Part shown: positions 9,857 through 19,186 of the stretch, piece by piece
How positions within the stretch are numbered: position 1 is the stretch's first letter
Layout: each line of letters starts with the position of its first letter
Source: a virus
Length of the DNA: 64,000 nt
UHGV virus genome: UHGV-0306641
Direction: 5' to 3' (one strand)
Made by a program: the position numbers and the translations under genes
Notes under the pieces: model-generated
Database searches by the model: none
The model's input: only the letters and a program-made list of their open reading frames with translations
What the model was told of the DNA's origin: nothing

Positions 9857-10935
9857 TAATTCCGCTCGCTAAGTTCAGCCAGTATCTCGTCACGCACTGG
9901 GTCAAGTGCGAAGTAAACGCCGCGTACAATACTTGTTTCCGGGTATTCAGGGATGAATACCAAATCATGCCAATCGGCAGTGTAATCAGGCATGCCATGT
10001 AGACGACCACCAATATAGTTTGCACCACCACCTACCAGCAATAGTGCATCAATATCCAGCATGTTTCTGTGAACCTTGCGAATATCAGCACGGATAATCT
10101 CAGCCAGTTCGCTGGCGGCCTGACTGATAACGCCAGATACATCAATTCGCTTGCTGCGAGCTGATTCCAGGCGCGAACCAATGAACCCCTGACGAATTAT
10201 CGTATCAATGCTCTCGATGTTAAGGCTCTTGGCGTTAATGTTTTTCCCGCTGGTGGCCTCAAACTCCTGCAGTAGAGCATAAACGCGTTCAATCATACGA
10301 TGAATGCCGTTCTCAGTCGTTCGACGGCTAATAACCTGCAGATCTTTATCCACCACAGCCATATCACATGTGAAGCGCCCTAAATCAACAACCAGAATGC
10401 TTTCTGCCTGCAGCAATTCAGAAAAGTCAGCCTGAGCAGAAATAACGGCAGGAACAGCTTCAGGAAATACCTCAACGTGTGCAATACGGGGAGGTTGAAT
10501 GTCGGCATTGTAATTGCGAACGGGTATCAAAAGGTTGTCAGCTTTCGCCTTGGTACGGACACGATCGATCTTGCCAATGTCAGAGTAGAACTGGTTCACC
10601 GGCAGTGTTTCCGCAAGTATCACGTCAGCACCGTCAAGGCCTGCACGAACAAGAGCTTCATTAACTAATACGCGGTGTGCTGCGCTTACCTGATAATCAG
10701 GGTCGCAGGTATCAACCAGGTCAGTCCCTTTATTAACGACTACATAGCTGCGCTCACGACCGTTATCGGTGGTTAACCATGAGGATGATGTTTCACTGGC
10801 TAACGTTTGCTGGCTACCTGAGCGAACCAGGGACGGCGTTACATAAGTCTCCATCTTGCCATCGCGTTCAAAGGTCAGGGCCACATTACCGGAGCCTGCA
10901 TCCACTGCAACAAAAACGTAGTTTTTCTTACTCAT
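9856..10935 (-). CDS. parM: actin-like segregation ATPase, ParM/StbA family (start at MSKKNYVF; track extends to TTG 11031)
   Basis: phosphate-1 VAVDAGSGNV, phosphate-2 LVVDLGRFTCD, adenosine motif LLVGGGANYIGG. Confidence 0.75.
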   Translation of the reverse strand: MSKKNYVFVAVDAGSGNVALTFERDGKMETYVTPSLVRSGSQQTLASETSSSWLTTDNGRERSYVVVNKGTDLVDTCDPDYQVSAAHRVLVNEALVRAGLDGADVILAETLPVNQFYSDIGKIDRVRTKAKADNLLIPVRNYNADIQPPRIAHVEVFPEAVPAVISAQADFSELLQAESILVVDLGRFTCDMAVVDKDLQVISRRTTENGIHRMIERVYALLQEFEATSGKNINAKSLNIESIDTIIRQGFIGSRLESARSKRIDVSGVISQAASELAEIIRADIRKVHRNMLDIDALLLVGGGANYIGGRLHGMPDYTADWHDLVFIPEYPETSIVRGVYFALDPVRDEILAELSERN

Positions 10936-11046
10936 ATCCAAATTCCTATTAGCTAATTTCAAAGTAATAAATCGCAACTGGAATGTACCATAAAGCCTCA
11001 AAAAGTCCATATTAAAGGAACTATTTAGCAATCATATGGGCAATAA

Positions 11047-11068
11047 ATGTCCTTATTAAAAGGACATA
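11047..11068. promoter_or_regulatory. perfect palindrome ATGTCCTT-attaaa-AGGACAT in parM-pacA divergent region
   Basis: 8-bp inverted repeat, 6-bp spacer; candidate operator. Confidence 0.4.
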
Positions 11069-11071
11069 AAA

Positions 11072-11141
11072 TGATCAGTAAGCAGGGAGAAACCTACATG
11101 ATCAAATGAGTGATCAAAAAAAGTGATCATTTGCGTGATCA
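11072..11141. repeat. array of five perfect TGATCA hexamers (each a Dam GATC site); pac-like or parC-like
   Basis: TGATCA at 11072, 11099, 11111, 11124, 11136; last four phased at 12-13 bp. Confidence 0.7.
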
Positions 11142-11197
11142 CTCTAAAAACCAGACCGCCTATCCTCGCGGCAGAGTGGTTTTGGGCGGTAGGCGTA

Positions 11198-12427
11198 ATG
11201 GCAAAGATTGACTGGGATTGGCACAGGGAAAATTATAAAAAACATAAACTTGAGTCAGGTGTGACTTACAAGGAGTATGCCGAATACCATTCCTTAAACC
11301 CGAATACCGCACGCCGCGAACTGAGTAAAAAGGTGGGTGATGAGGGGCAGGCACCCACGGTCCCGTCGCGTGATCAGGATGATGATCTAACCATCAGGAG
11401 AAAGGGGAGAAAACTCAAGCATAGCAGTGCCTTAGAGGAAATTACCGGGCAGGGTGAACCCGGCGAAACACGCGCAGGCACGAAAAATAAAAAAAATAAT
11501 TCCAAAGGCACACGCGCCAAAATGATCAAACCAGTGCATGAGGGGGAAGTGATCCCACATGTACCGAAACAACGAGGTAAGGGTAAGCAATTCGAAACCG
11601 GCAACGAGGTGAATGTTGTCGCGAATACCAGAGGAAAGCCACGCGAGGTTGATCGTGATGCTGCTGTCTCATTGTTGGAAGCTGGCCTGGAAGAATGCGA
11701 GGCATCCACAGTTAAAACAGCTGTCGAGCATATGCAGCTGTTGTCGCGAACCACAGCCAGGGCAGTAGAGCTATTCGAAACTGAAATAGCCAATATGAAT
11801 ATCCCACGAGAAAAGGGTGACAAGGATGGTGATGACGATGCTCCGTCCGGGCCACACCCGCTGTTAAAGCTGACAAAACTCCTGATTGAAGTCGGCTACA
11901 GGATGGATGACCACGCTACCCGTATCAGTTCTATCCGTTCCTCACGAGAAAAGCTCAAGATTGACCGTGAAAAGCTGGGCGCAAAAGCGACCGAAGCACA
12001 GGTTATTGCCACCGCCTACCAGCTGCGTGATGAAAACGACTGGGATATAGCAGAAACCGCTGAGTACATCGAGCGTCATGGGGTAAAACTGCCGGATTCA
12101 ATCGCCTTGAGGCTGGCTAAGGAGATCAAGGAAGCAGAACCGCCAGTTAGTGACGTCAACGCTGTAGATGATGACCAACTGGAAGAAGAGGCCCGTAAAT
12201 ATCGTGAAGCGCAGGCCGGTAAAGAAGCCTTCCTGAAAGAGCGCCGGGAAACTATCGCCAGGATTGTAGACGAGGGCGGGTATGGCGATACGAACCATGA
12301 CGGTATCAGGCGCGAAGGGGAGCTAGACCCGGATGAAGAGGGCTTAGATCTCGATTACGAAGCGACCCGCGAGTTATACGGCGAAGGCGATGAGATCGCG
12401 ATAGCGCCCCCGGATGAGGACGAATAA
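11198..12427 (+). CDS. pacA: terminase small subunit PacA homolog
   Basis: N-terminus DWDWHRENY...SLNPNTARR and C-terminus IARIVDEGGYGD plus acidic tail align with P1 PacA (from memory); stop overlaps pacB start (TAATG). Confidence 0.8.
   Translation: MAKIDWDWHRENYKKHKLESGVTYKEYAEYHSLNPNTARRELSKKVGDEGQAPTVPSRDQDDDLTIRRKGRKLKHSSALEEITGQGEPGETRAGTKNKKNNSKGTRAKMIKPVHEGEVIPHVPKQRGKGKQFETGNEVNVVANTRGKPREVDRDAAVSLLEAGLEECEASTVKTAVEHMQLLSRTTARAVELFETEIANMNIPREKGDKDGDDDAPSGPHPLLKLTKLLIEVGYRMDDHATRISSIRSSREKLKIDREKLGAKATEAQVIATAYQLRDENDWDIAETAEYIERHGVKLPDSIALRLAKEIKEAEPPVSDVNAVDDDQLEEEARKYREAQAGKEAFLKERRETIARIVDEGGYGDTNHDGIRREGELDPDEEGLDLDYEATRELYGEGDEIAIAPPDEDE
11372..11655 (+). repeat. scattered TGATC(A/G/C/T) hexamers inside 5' part of pacA, at the position homologous to P1 pac
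   Basis: TGATCA 11372, TGATCT 11384, TGATCA 11523, TGATCC 11550, TGATCG 11650; the SRDQDDD coding segment aligns with the P1 PacA segment that encodes pac. Confidence 0.4.
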
Positions 12428-13938
12428 TGGCATCCGGGAAGAAGAAAATTAAATGTGTAACCTCTGATCCGCGCTGGCGTGAAATGGCTATCCGCTATCG
12501 CCATGACTGGGGGTTAGCGGTCGTTGAATTGTTCGGAATGCAACCGAGCTGGCAGCAGGATGAAATACTGCAGTCTGTCCAGCAGATAAAGAGCATGACA
12601 ACCGTTACTTCGGGGCATGGTACTGGTAAGTCATCCCTGACAGCCATGATGCTGATGATTTACATGATCCTGTACCCGGATGCGCGCGTCGTCATCATCG
12701 CGAACAAGATTGCGCAGGTAAAATCCGGCGTATTCAAGTACGTGAAAACCTTTTGGGCCAACGCCGTAAAACGTCATCCGTGGCTGCAGAACCACTTTGT
12801 TTTAACCGACACCATGTTTTATGAGAGAAGCCGGAAAGGGGTGTGGGAAGTTCTCTGTAAAGGCTATCGTCTGGGTAATGAGGAAGGGCTGGCAGGGGAA
12901 CACTCCAAACACTTACTGATCATCTTGGATGAGGCGTCCGGTATCTCTGATAAGGCGATCGGCATCCTGACCGGTGCGCTGACGGAAGCTGATAACCGCA
13001 TGCTTATGCTGTCCCAGCCAACGCGCCCGTCTGGTTACTTCTACGACTCTCACCACAGCCTGGCGAAGACTGAACATAACCCTAAAGGGATCTGGACGTC
13101 GATTGTCCTCAACTCTGAGGAATCACCGTTTGTAACAGACGACTTTATTGTCATGAAGCTGGCGGAATATGGCGGTCGTGACAGCATGGAATACAAAATC
13201 AAGGTACTGGGCCAGTTCCCGTCCGTGATTGATGGCTTCCTGTTGGGCCGCGATGCCTGTGAGCGCGCCCAGCGTCGTAAAGTGTACCTTGAGAAAAACT
13301 GGGGCTGGGTGGCGCTGGCTGACGTTGGGAACGGTCGTGACAAATCCGTCCTGAACATTATGAAGGTAAGCGGCTATCGTGAGAAACGTCGGTTCGTTCC
13401 GTTCGTTGTGCTTGAAATGCCGGGTACCATGAACCCTACAGAGTTCGGTGACTTTATTGCGAACGAATGTACTCAGGAGCGGTTCCCCAATATCACTATA
13501 GGCGTGGATAGTGACGGCGTAGGCTCAGCTACTGCCGATCAGCTGGAGCGCAGGGGGGTTAACGTTGTCCGTATCCGCTGGGGTAAACCTATGTTCGCCA
13601 AAACAGATAAGGACCGATTCGTAAGCCAGAGAGCCTATGCCAACATCGCAGCTCGTGACGCCATACAGACGGGACGTATGAGGCTGGACTCATCGCCAAA
13701 GACAGCAGAACAGGCTTCAAAGATACCTTGGAAGATAAACGAAGATGGGCGTGTGGCGATGATGAAAAAGGATTACATGCGGCAGAAGATGAATATCAAG
13801 TCGCCAGACCGTTGGGATACGTACTGTTTTTCAACGCTTATATCGTATCGCCCTGCAAATGATGACCTGGGTGGAGACATGGAAGAAACCCGCGCAGATG
13901 CACTGGCAGAACTGTCGAAATATGACGATGTGATTTAA
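12427..13938 (+). CDS. pacB: terminase large subunit PacB homolog
   Basis: Walker A SGHGTGKS, Walker B LLIILDEASG, C-terminal nuclease-like region; immediately follows pacA. Confidence 0.85.
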   Translation: MASGKKKIKCVTSDPRWREMAIRYRHDWGLAVVELFGMQPSWQQDEILQSVQQIKSMTTVTSGHGTGKSSLTAMMLMIYMILYPDARVVIIANKIAQVKSGVFKYVKTFWANAVKRHPWLQNHFVLTDTMFYERSRKGVWEVLCKGYRLGNEEGLAGEHSKHLLIILDEASGISDKAIGILTGALTEADNRMLMLSQPTRPSGYFYDSHHSLAKTEHNPKGIWTSIVLNSEESPFVTDDFIVMKLAEYGGRDSMEYKIKVLGQFPSVIDGFLLGRDACERAQRRKVYLEKNWGWVALADVGNGRDKSVLNIMKVSGYREKRRFVPFVVLEMPGTMNPTEFGDFIANECTQERFPNITIGVDSDGVGSATADQLERRGVNVVRIRWGKPMFAKTDKDRFVSQRAYANIAARDAIQTGRMRLDSSPKTAEQASKIPWKINEDGRVAMMKKDYMRQKMNIKSPDRWDTYCFSTLISYRPANDDLGGDMEETRADALAELSKYDDVI

Positions 13939-13968
13939 TGGCTGGGGGCTGGTGGCCCCCTGCCACTT

Positions 13969-15003
13969 TCAATCTTTCTTAGTCAGGATGTTAAAATTCT
14001 TACCGCGACGGCTGCGTGTATCTCCAAACATAGAACGCAGCTCTGAGATAGTAAGAATATTGTTATTGTCGGTCGCAAACTTCCTTTCAAGTAATTTACG
14101 GTCCTCTTCTGTAAGCAATTCAAGCTTACGCCTACCCGCCTCTATTGAGCGGTTAGCTTTTTCTATTTCAGCCTCTGTTTTTGCCTTTGCCAGCTTAGTT
14201 TTAGCCCGTCTTTCAAAGTGGGTAATACGGCTTAAAATTGATTGCTCAACGATAGTTTTTTGCGCAGCTTTGGCCTCTGCAATCTCTATTTGGTCAATGC
14301 CGTAAATATCCCCAACCGTAAATATTGAGCACTTCAATGGTTTTATAAGACTATACTTATTGAAATATTCTGTTTTAGGCTCAGTTGATATTTTAATGTC
14401 GTCCTTTGTCCATTGCGGGTGATAAATCATGACGCCATGAGTCCCGCAACGTGCGCGCGTACTCTCATTTTCACCTTTAAAAACAACATCTAAGACAGTA
14501 TCCTGATACCCACTGACACGGTATCGGAACTTGTGTCCTTCGGGGTATGCTTCAAATGTTTCCATTTCCTCAGTGAGCGCTTTAACGGCTTCATTTGTAT
14601 GAGGAAACTTTCTAAGTTTCTTTATTTGCTTTTCATATCTATTAAGCAAATCCTCGCGTGTATGAGTGCATGTTGTTGCAGCATTAAAAAAACCAATAGC
14701 TACGGACACTGGTTCAATTATTAACATTGGAACCGGTGAATATATAGCTGTCGATATGGCTATGCTTTTGTTTTTCTTCATCTCAGTAGCAAGTTCAGCA
14801 AACTTTTTCCACCGAATTTGTAAATCAACAGCTTTATTAAAAATAGCCTCATCGTTTGAAAATGCGATAGGACGAATCTTCTCGTCTTTGGCATTTCTGC
14901 TGTGACAGATGGCGAGTGAATCAACCAGTTGCATCCAGTCTTTTTTGGTCTGCAAAAACAACTTGTACTGCTGCTCAAACATCACGTCATTAAACGCTGG
15001 CAT
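13969..15003 (-). CDS. c1: C1-type immunity repressor homolog (divergent from P1 C1)
   Basis: FEQQYKLF, IRPIAFSNDEAI, IYSPVPML, AYPEGHKFRYRVSGYQDTVLDV align with P1 C1 segments (from memory); sits between pacB and lox-cre as in P1. Confidence 0.75.
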   Translation of the reverse strand: MPAFNDVMFEQQYKLFLQTKKDWMQLVDSLAICHSRNAKDEKIRPIAFSNDEAIFNKAVDLQIRWKKFAELATEMKKNKSIAISTAIYSPVPMLIIEPVSVAIGFFNAATTCTHTREDLLNRYEKQIKKLRKFPHTNEAVKALTEEMETFEAYPEGHKFRYRVSGYQDTVLDVVFKGENESTRARCGTHGVMIYHPQWTKDDIKISTEPKTEYFNKYSLIKPLKCSIFTVGDIYGIDQIEIAEAKAAQKTIVEQSILSRITHFERRAKTKLAKAKTEAEIEKANRSIEAGRRKLELLTEEDRKLLERKFATDNNNILTISELRSMFGDTRSRRGKNFNILTKKD

Positions 15004-15105
15004 TGTGTGATTGTCCTTTTGGTTGTACTAACACGTTCTTACCCACTTGCTACCCACATTGAAAGTAATCAACGAACACGATAAAGCCTTAGAAAGACAG
15101 CGATC

Positions 15106-15234
15106 TCAATAAAGCCATGCTTCCAGCACCTTATGCGTCACGTCGTCTGGCAGGTGATCACGCAAAATGATCACCAATCTGAGGTAACGACGACCAGGTA
15201 ACACAATGACCGACCTGAATCCCATCGCCCTCAT
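15106..15234 (-). CDS. small ORF (42 aa) upstream of c1, same strand; Coi-like by position only
   Basis: ATG...TGA ORF MRAMGFRSVIVLPGRRYLRLVIILRDHLPDDVTHKVLEAWLY; weak RBS. Confidence 0.25.
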   Translation of the reverse strand: MRAMGFRSVIVLPGRRYLRLVIILRDHLPDDVTHKVLEAWLY

Positions 15235-15349
15235 CCTGAGTTAGCTCATTCATGTGGCCTGTCATGAGTACATACTAAAGCAAACCTTTCCCTTTATATA
15301 TACTTTTGATTCTAAGCTCACTCACGTTTCAACCAAAATAGGCAAAAAA

Positions 15350-15383
15350 ATAACTATAGATAATGGGGGTTATATAAAGTTAC
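15350..15383. other. lox-like recombination site candidate (13-8-13)
   Basis: ATAACTATAGATA-ATGGGGGT-TATATAAAGTTAC; outer arms ATAACT/AAGTTA match loxP; 10/13 arm symmetry; 177 bp upstream of cre. Confidence 0.5.
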
Positions 15384-15559
15384 GTGCTATGATCAGCTCA
15401 ACGGGTTATCTTGGTGATCATTTTAGAGGCCTGTGAAAGATTGGGACCATTGGCGTTGCTGGTGGCCTTATTTTTTACGTAGCACGTCGTTTCTTAGAAA
15501 GTATGTATTTTGAATGAGGACGTTTTACACGGTTCTCGCGTTATCAAGGAGGTCATAAC

Positions 15560-16585
15560 TTGAACTATCCGAATATTATCAACATGAATTCGAGTTTTCC
15601 CGAGCTTACGGGGATCACTCCAGAGGAAGTTGCACAGAATCTACGCAAATTCATGGCGGATAAAGAGGCATATTCTGAAAATACGTTCAAAAAACTAACA
15701 TCGGTTGTCCGGGCGTGGGCTGTGTGGTGCCAGAAAAATCAGATCGCACCGCTGCCGATTATGCCCGATTGCGCCAGAGCTTATTTTCTGGAACTACATG
15801 AAGCCGGTGTTGCATCCACCAGCATCACCAATCATTTTGCGATGCTTAACATGTTGGCCCGAATTTGTGGGCTTCCTGATCTGAAAAACTGTACAGAAGT
15901 GCAGCTGGCGATGAAGAAAATTCGCCGCCAGTCCGTTCTTGGCGGAGAAAAGACCGGGCAGGCCGTCCCGTTCCGGCTCGCCGACCTGCAGTTAGCCAGC
16001 CATATTTTGTCCCAGTCCGACCGGCTTGCCGATTTGCGCAACCTCGCTTTTCTGTACGTAGCCTATAACTCCCTTCTTCGAATACAGGAGATCGCCCGAA
16101 TCCGGGTAAAAGACTTATCCGTTAACGATGAGCGGATAATCATGGATATTTCTCACACGAAAACAGTCGTGACCGCCGCAGGCGTCATCAAACATCTGAG
16201 TGTTCCAGCCAGTAATATGTTGAAAAAATGGCTAAATACTTCAGAGCTGATCAGCCATCCCGACGCGGTTGTGTTTTGTCGTGTATTTAAAAATGATCGG
16301 GTACAGATATCCGAAACACCGATGACGACACCTTCACTGGAAAAAATATTCCAAGATACCTGGCGGCTGCTGGGCAGACCATCACAAACCACCAACAAAG
16401 GAAGGTATGAAATGTGGTCTGGACATAGCGCCCGAGTCGGAGCTGCACAAGATATGGCTGAGCGCGGAGTGAGTATGGCGCAGATAATGCACGAAGGAAC
16501 ATGGTCAAAACCGGAGACAGTAATGCGCTATTTACGACGCCTGAAGAACGAAAACAGCGCCATGAGTGACATAATGGAAAGGTAG
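15560..16585 (+). CDS. cre: Cre-type tyrosine recombinase (TTG start, AAGGAGG RBS)
   Basis: extensive identity with P1 Cre: NLAFLYVAYNSLLRIQEIARIRVKDLS, WSGHSARVGAAQDMAERGVS, catalytic R/H/R/Y context. Confidence 0.9.
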   Translation: MNYPNIINMNSSFPELTGITPEEVAQNLRKFMADKEAYSENTFKKLTSVVRAWAVWCQKNQIAPLPIMPDCARAYFLELHEAGVASTSITNHFAMLNMLARICGLPDLKNCTEVQLAMKKIRRQSVLGGEKTGQAVPFRLADLQLASHILSQSDRLADLRNLAFLYVAYNSLLRIQEIARIRVKDLSVNDERIIMDISHTKTVVTAAGVIKHLSVPASNMLKKWLNTSELISHPDAVVFCRVFKNDRVQISETPMTTPSLEKIFQDTWRLLGRPSQTTNKGRYEMWSGHSARVGAAQDMAERGVSMAQIMHEGTWSKPETVMRYLRRLKNENSAMSDIMER

Positions 16586-16666
16586 ATACGCATCATTCTA
16601 AGGCTTTAATTTGTTGTAACGTGACTATTATTAGGACAAAATCGGACACGCGCCAAAGGAGGTGTT

Positions 16667-16987
16667 ATGTCGGATCTTGTCCTGCTTCACAGGCACTTTG
16701 TCATTGACCATTGCAAGCTTAGTTTTACTGCAGGCATCAAACATGGTCGTGCCGTGGTAGTTTTTGGCATAGCCACTCAATCCGAAGTAACCCCCCTCCT
16801 GACGCTTGAAAAAGAGTACCCGGACCGTAACGCCGCTTGTCAGTACGTACAGCGAGTGACAGAAACGGCAGCGCGCAAGTTGCTGGTTTACTACCAGAAC
16901 GAGCACCAACCATTAGTTGACCGCATCAATAACGTGTTTTCCGGGCCAATCCGACTGGAATATTCCAGCCGCCACAAACCAGCGTAA
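16667..16987 (+). CDS. hypothetical protein (106 aa), cra-position
   Basis: AAGGAGG RBS; directly downstream of cre as cra is in P1. Confidence 0.6.
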   Translation: MSDLVLLHRHFVIDHCKLSFTAGIKHGRAVVVFGIATQSEVTPLLTLEKEYPDRNAACQYVQRVTETAARKLLVYYQNEHQPLVDRINNVFSGPIRLEYSSRHKPA

Positions 16988-16990
16988 GAG

Positions 16991-17449
16991 ATGTGTATGT
17001 CCGTATCGTCAAACGTTGTGCGCCTGTTCGTCGCCGTCGCAAGCGCCCATGACATAAATGATCCAGTCGGCAACTTCAGCAATGGGTCTTATGTGGATTC
17101 ATACAGTGGATATTACTTCGGTCCTGACATTTTCCAGCACCCCAAGACATTAGCAACCTTGGTTAAGAACGGGGTGATCGAGTTTTGCCGCGACCAGGAG
17201 CATGGCGAGGTGATCCGGTTCGACGACCGGCGTGACGTTCTTGACGAGTTCCAGCGCGGGATATTAGACGCCGAGGCCGGTAATCCTGATGACGCGGAGG
17301 ACTCCACCAGCCCTTACGCCTACCTTGCCGGTAGAAAGTTCTTCAATCAGCGCCAGCGCTACGGAGGAATGGCGTACAGAGAGGACCAGGGACGCGTCTG
17401 TCATGGAATGGTGTGCGCTGACACTGGGGAACGATGGGAACAAGGGTGA
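16991..17449 (+). CDS. hypothetical protein (152 aa)
   Basis: intact ORF in operon. Confidence 0.5.
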   Translation: MCMSVSSNVVRLFVAVASAHDINDPVGNFSNGSYVDSYSGYYFGPDIFQHPKTLATLVKNGVIEFCRDQEHGEVIRFDDRRDVLDEFQRGILDAEAGNPDDAEDSTSPYAYLAGRKFFNQRQRYGGMAYREDQGRVCHGMVCADTGERWEQG

Positions 17450-17531
17450 TAGACAGAAAAAAGGGGGCCATTACAGCCCCCCTTCTTCATTGCGATTTAG
17501 CCTTTGAAAAAGCCACTGACAGGATAGCAAA

Positions 17532-18014
17532 TTGAACAACGCCTTCCCACAATTACAGATCTTTTCTTCTCCATACCCGGACGTTGCCGCCGCCATTATT
17601 GCGATCTATTGCGGTGAAAAGCGCGGCCTGACGCTTTCCCGACGGGATTTTACCGCCCTTCTGCCTGGCGTCAGCACCGATCACATTCGCAAAACGCTAC
17701 GCGACTTTCTTGAAAACAAGACGCTGGCCCGGAGCGGATGCCGGTACCGGCTCGCAGTTACTCCCGCCAGAATTATTGGCATGAAGCCGTACCGCCTTTA
17801 TCGCGTGGATTTACAGATTCTACGGCTCATACAGTCAAGAGGTGTCATCACGGCAAGCGACATGCTGCGGGTACACGGCGTGTCACGAACAATATTTCTG
17901 AGATCCGCCGCAAGGCTGAAAAAGCTGGGACTGATTGAGTCCTATCAAGACAAACCACTCCCGGCAGCATGCCGGTACTACAAATTTAAAACACAGGAAA
18001 ATATCCATGAGTAA
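17532..18014 (+). CDS. winged-helix DNA-binding protein candidate (TTG start)
   Basis: LQILRLIQSRGVITASDMLRVHGVSRTIFLRSAARLKKLGLIES resembles wHTH/MarR-type recognition unit. Confidence 0.5.
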   Translation: MNNAFPQLQIFSSPYPDVAAAIIAIYCGEKRGLTLSRRDFTALLPGVSTDHIRKTLRDFLENKTLARSGCRYRLAVTPARIIGMKPYRLYRVDLQILRLIQSRGVITASDMLRVHGVSRTIFLRSAARLKKLGLIESYQDKPLPAACRYYKFKTQENIHE

Positions 18015-18477
18015 ATTACAGATTTGCAAGATTGATGAAGGCGCAACGGTGCCAATGCTGGCTGGTGGCTCTACTTTCCCTATTGAGGCTACAGATATTC
18101 GCTTTGAGGCCGTCATCCGCAATGCCGGTAATCACGCAAAGGCGTACTGGCTGAAAACAGGGCTGGCGTTTAACGTCCCTGAAGGCCACGTTCTGAAGGT
18201 TTACTCTGCACCTGATATAGCAAGGGCTAACCATGCCAGACTTGCCGAATGCGTAGCGCTGGTGGAGCCTGGCGACCATTCAGAATTGACTCTGCGAATG
18301 GTGATCGACGATGGCGGTAAATCATTTGAGCCTAAGCCGGGGATGATTGTCGCCCGTGCCATGCTGGAAAAAATTGTCTGCCTGGAGCTGGAAGAAGTAG
18401 ACAGCTTTGATGCGCCAAAATCAGTAAAAAACACCAGCCAGCCCAAAGGGGATGTAACCGCAAAGGCTGGTAAATAA
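18007..18477 (+). CDS. dUTPase-fold protein (possibly non-catalytic)
   Basis: beta-rich pattern alignable by eye to E. coli Dut (LKTGLAF.VPEGHVLKVYS; PKPGMIVARAMLEKIV) but motif III degenerate. Confidence 0.45.
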   Translation: MSKLQICKIDEGATVPMLAGGSTFPIEATDIRFEAVIRNAGNHAKAYWLKTGLAFNVPEGHVLKVYSAPDIARANHARLAECVALVEPGDHSELTLRMVIDDGGKSFEPKPGMIVARAMLEKIVCLELEEVDSFDAPKSVKNTSQPKGDVTAKAGK

Positions 18478-18478
18478 C

Positions 18479-19153
18479 ATGGAATACATCATCGGCAAGG
18501 GGGTGAGTGTCTTCACCCTCGATGGCAACGAAATCGACCAGAGAAGTATCGACCTAGCCTTGTTTACCCTTACCGGCTTCACGCCCATTAATACCAATGG
18601 TGTTACGGTATGGGAGCGCGGTAGCGAGCGCTACTGGACGCCACCAGACACGCAGGTAGAGGACGCGGATAGCATATCTGATCATCTGAATGCGAAGGTA
18701 ATGGTACCGTCACAGGATGCCGGTTTCGCGCAACGGCTATTGCGCCTGGTGCCGATGGTGGTCAATCCGATCGTGTTTATTGAAGGTCGTTTGGTTGGTG
18801 GCTGGCAGGTCGAGAATAACCCGGAGCCAAGCACCGGCGACATTATGACAAACGGTCATCAATCCCATTCTTACCAGGACACAGTTTTACCCATGGCTAT
18901 TGCAATGGTGTTTCTGCAGGTACAGGGGTTGGGCCAACAAGCCTGGGTCTATATCGGGGAGCACGATGGCGCGCAGCCGGAGCTGCATTACGTGGTCCCT
19001 CACCCGCGCACCCTGGCATTGTTGGAAAGCACACCTTCATTCATCCGCGCGCCGGAACTTGATAAGTTCGCGGTAGTCGGTCCGTCGCCAGACTTTATAC
19101 AAGAAGCGTTTACGACCGCTAAGCTAAAGCAGGCCGCTCGCGTTCCTGAATAA
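18479..19153 (+). CDS. hypothetical protein (224 aa)
   Basis: intact ORF ending at bidirectional terminator. Confidence 0.6.
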   Translation: MEYIIGKGVSVFTLDGNEIDQRSIDLALFTLTGFTPINTNGVTVWERGSERYWTPPDTQVEDADSISDHLNAKVMVPSQDAGFAQRLLRLVPMVVNPIVFIEGRLVGGWQVENNPEPSTGDIMTNGHQSHSYQDTVLPMAIAMVFLQVQGLGQQAWVYIGEHDGAQPELHYVVPHPRTLALLESTPSFIRAPELDKFAVVGPSPDFIQEAFTTAKLKQAARVPE

Positions 19154-19161
19154 TCTCCGAC

Positions 19162-19186
19162 CGGCCCCCGTCAGGGGGCTGTTATT
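19162..19186. terminator. bidirectional Rho-independent terminator
   Basis: CGGCCCCC-gtca-GGGGGCTG stem between convergent genes; T-rich flank. Confidence 0.6.

Noticed and set aside
10936-11031. TTG-extended N-terminus of the ParM-like ORF (track start 11031)
   Set aside because: The extension lacks an RBS. The ATG at 10935 lies immediately before the actin phosphate-1 motif, as in ParM proteins.
15254-15436. Track ORF 15254-15436 (60 aa) in the c1-cre gap
   Set aside because: It spans the lox-like site and promoter region, has no RBS, and its translation has low complexity.
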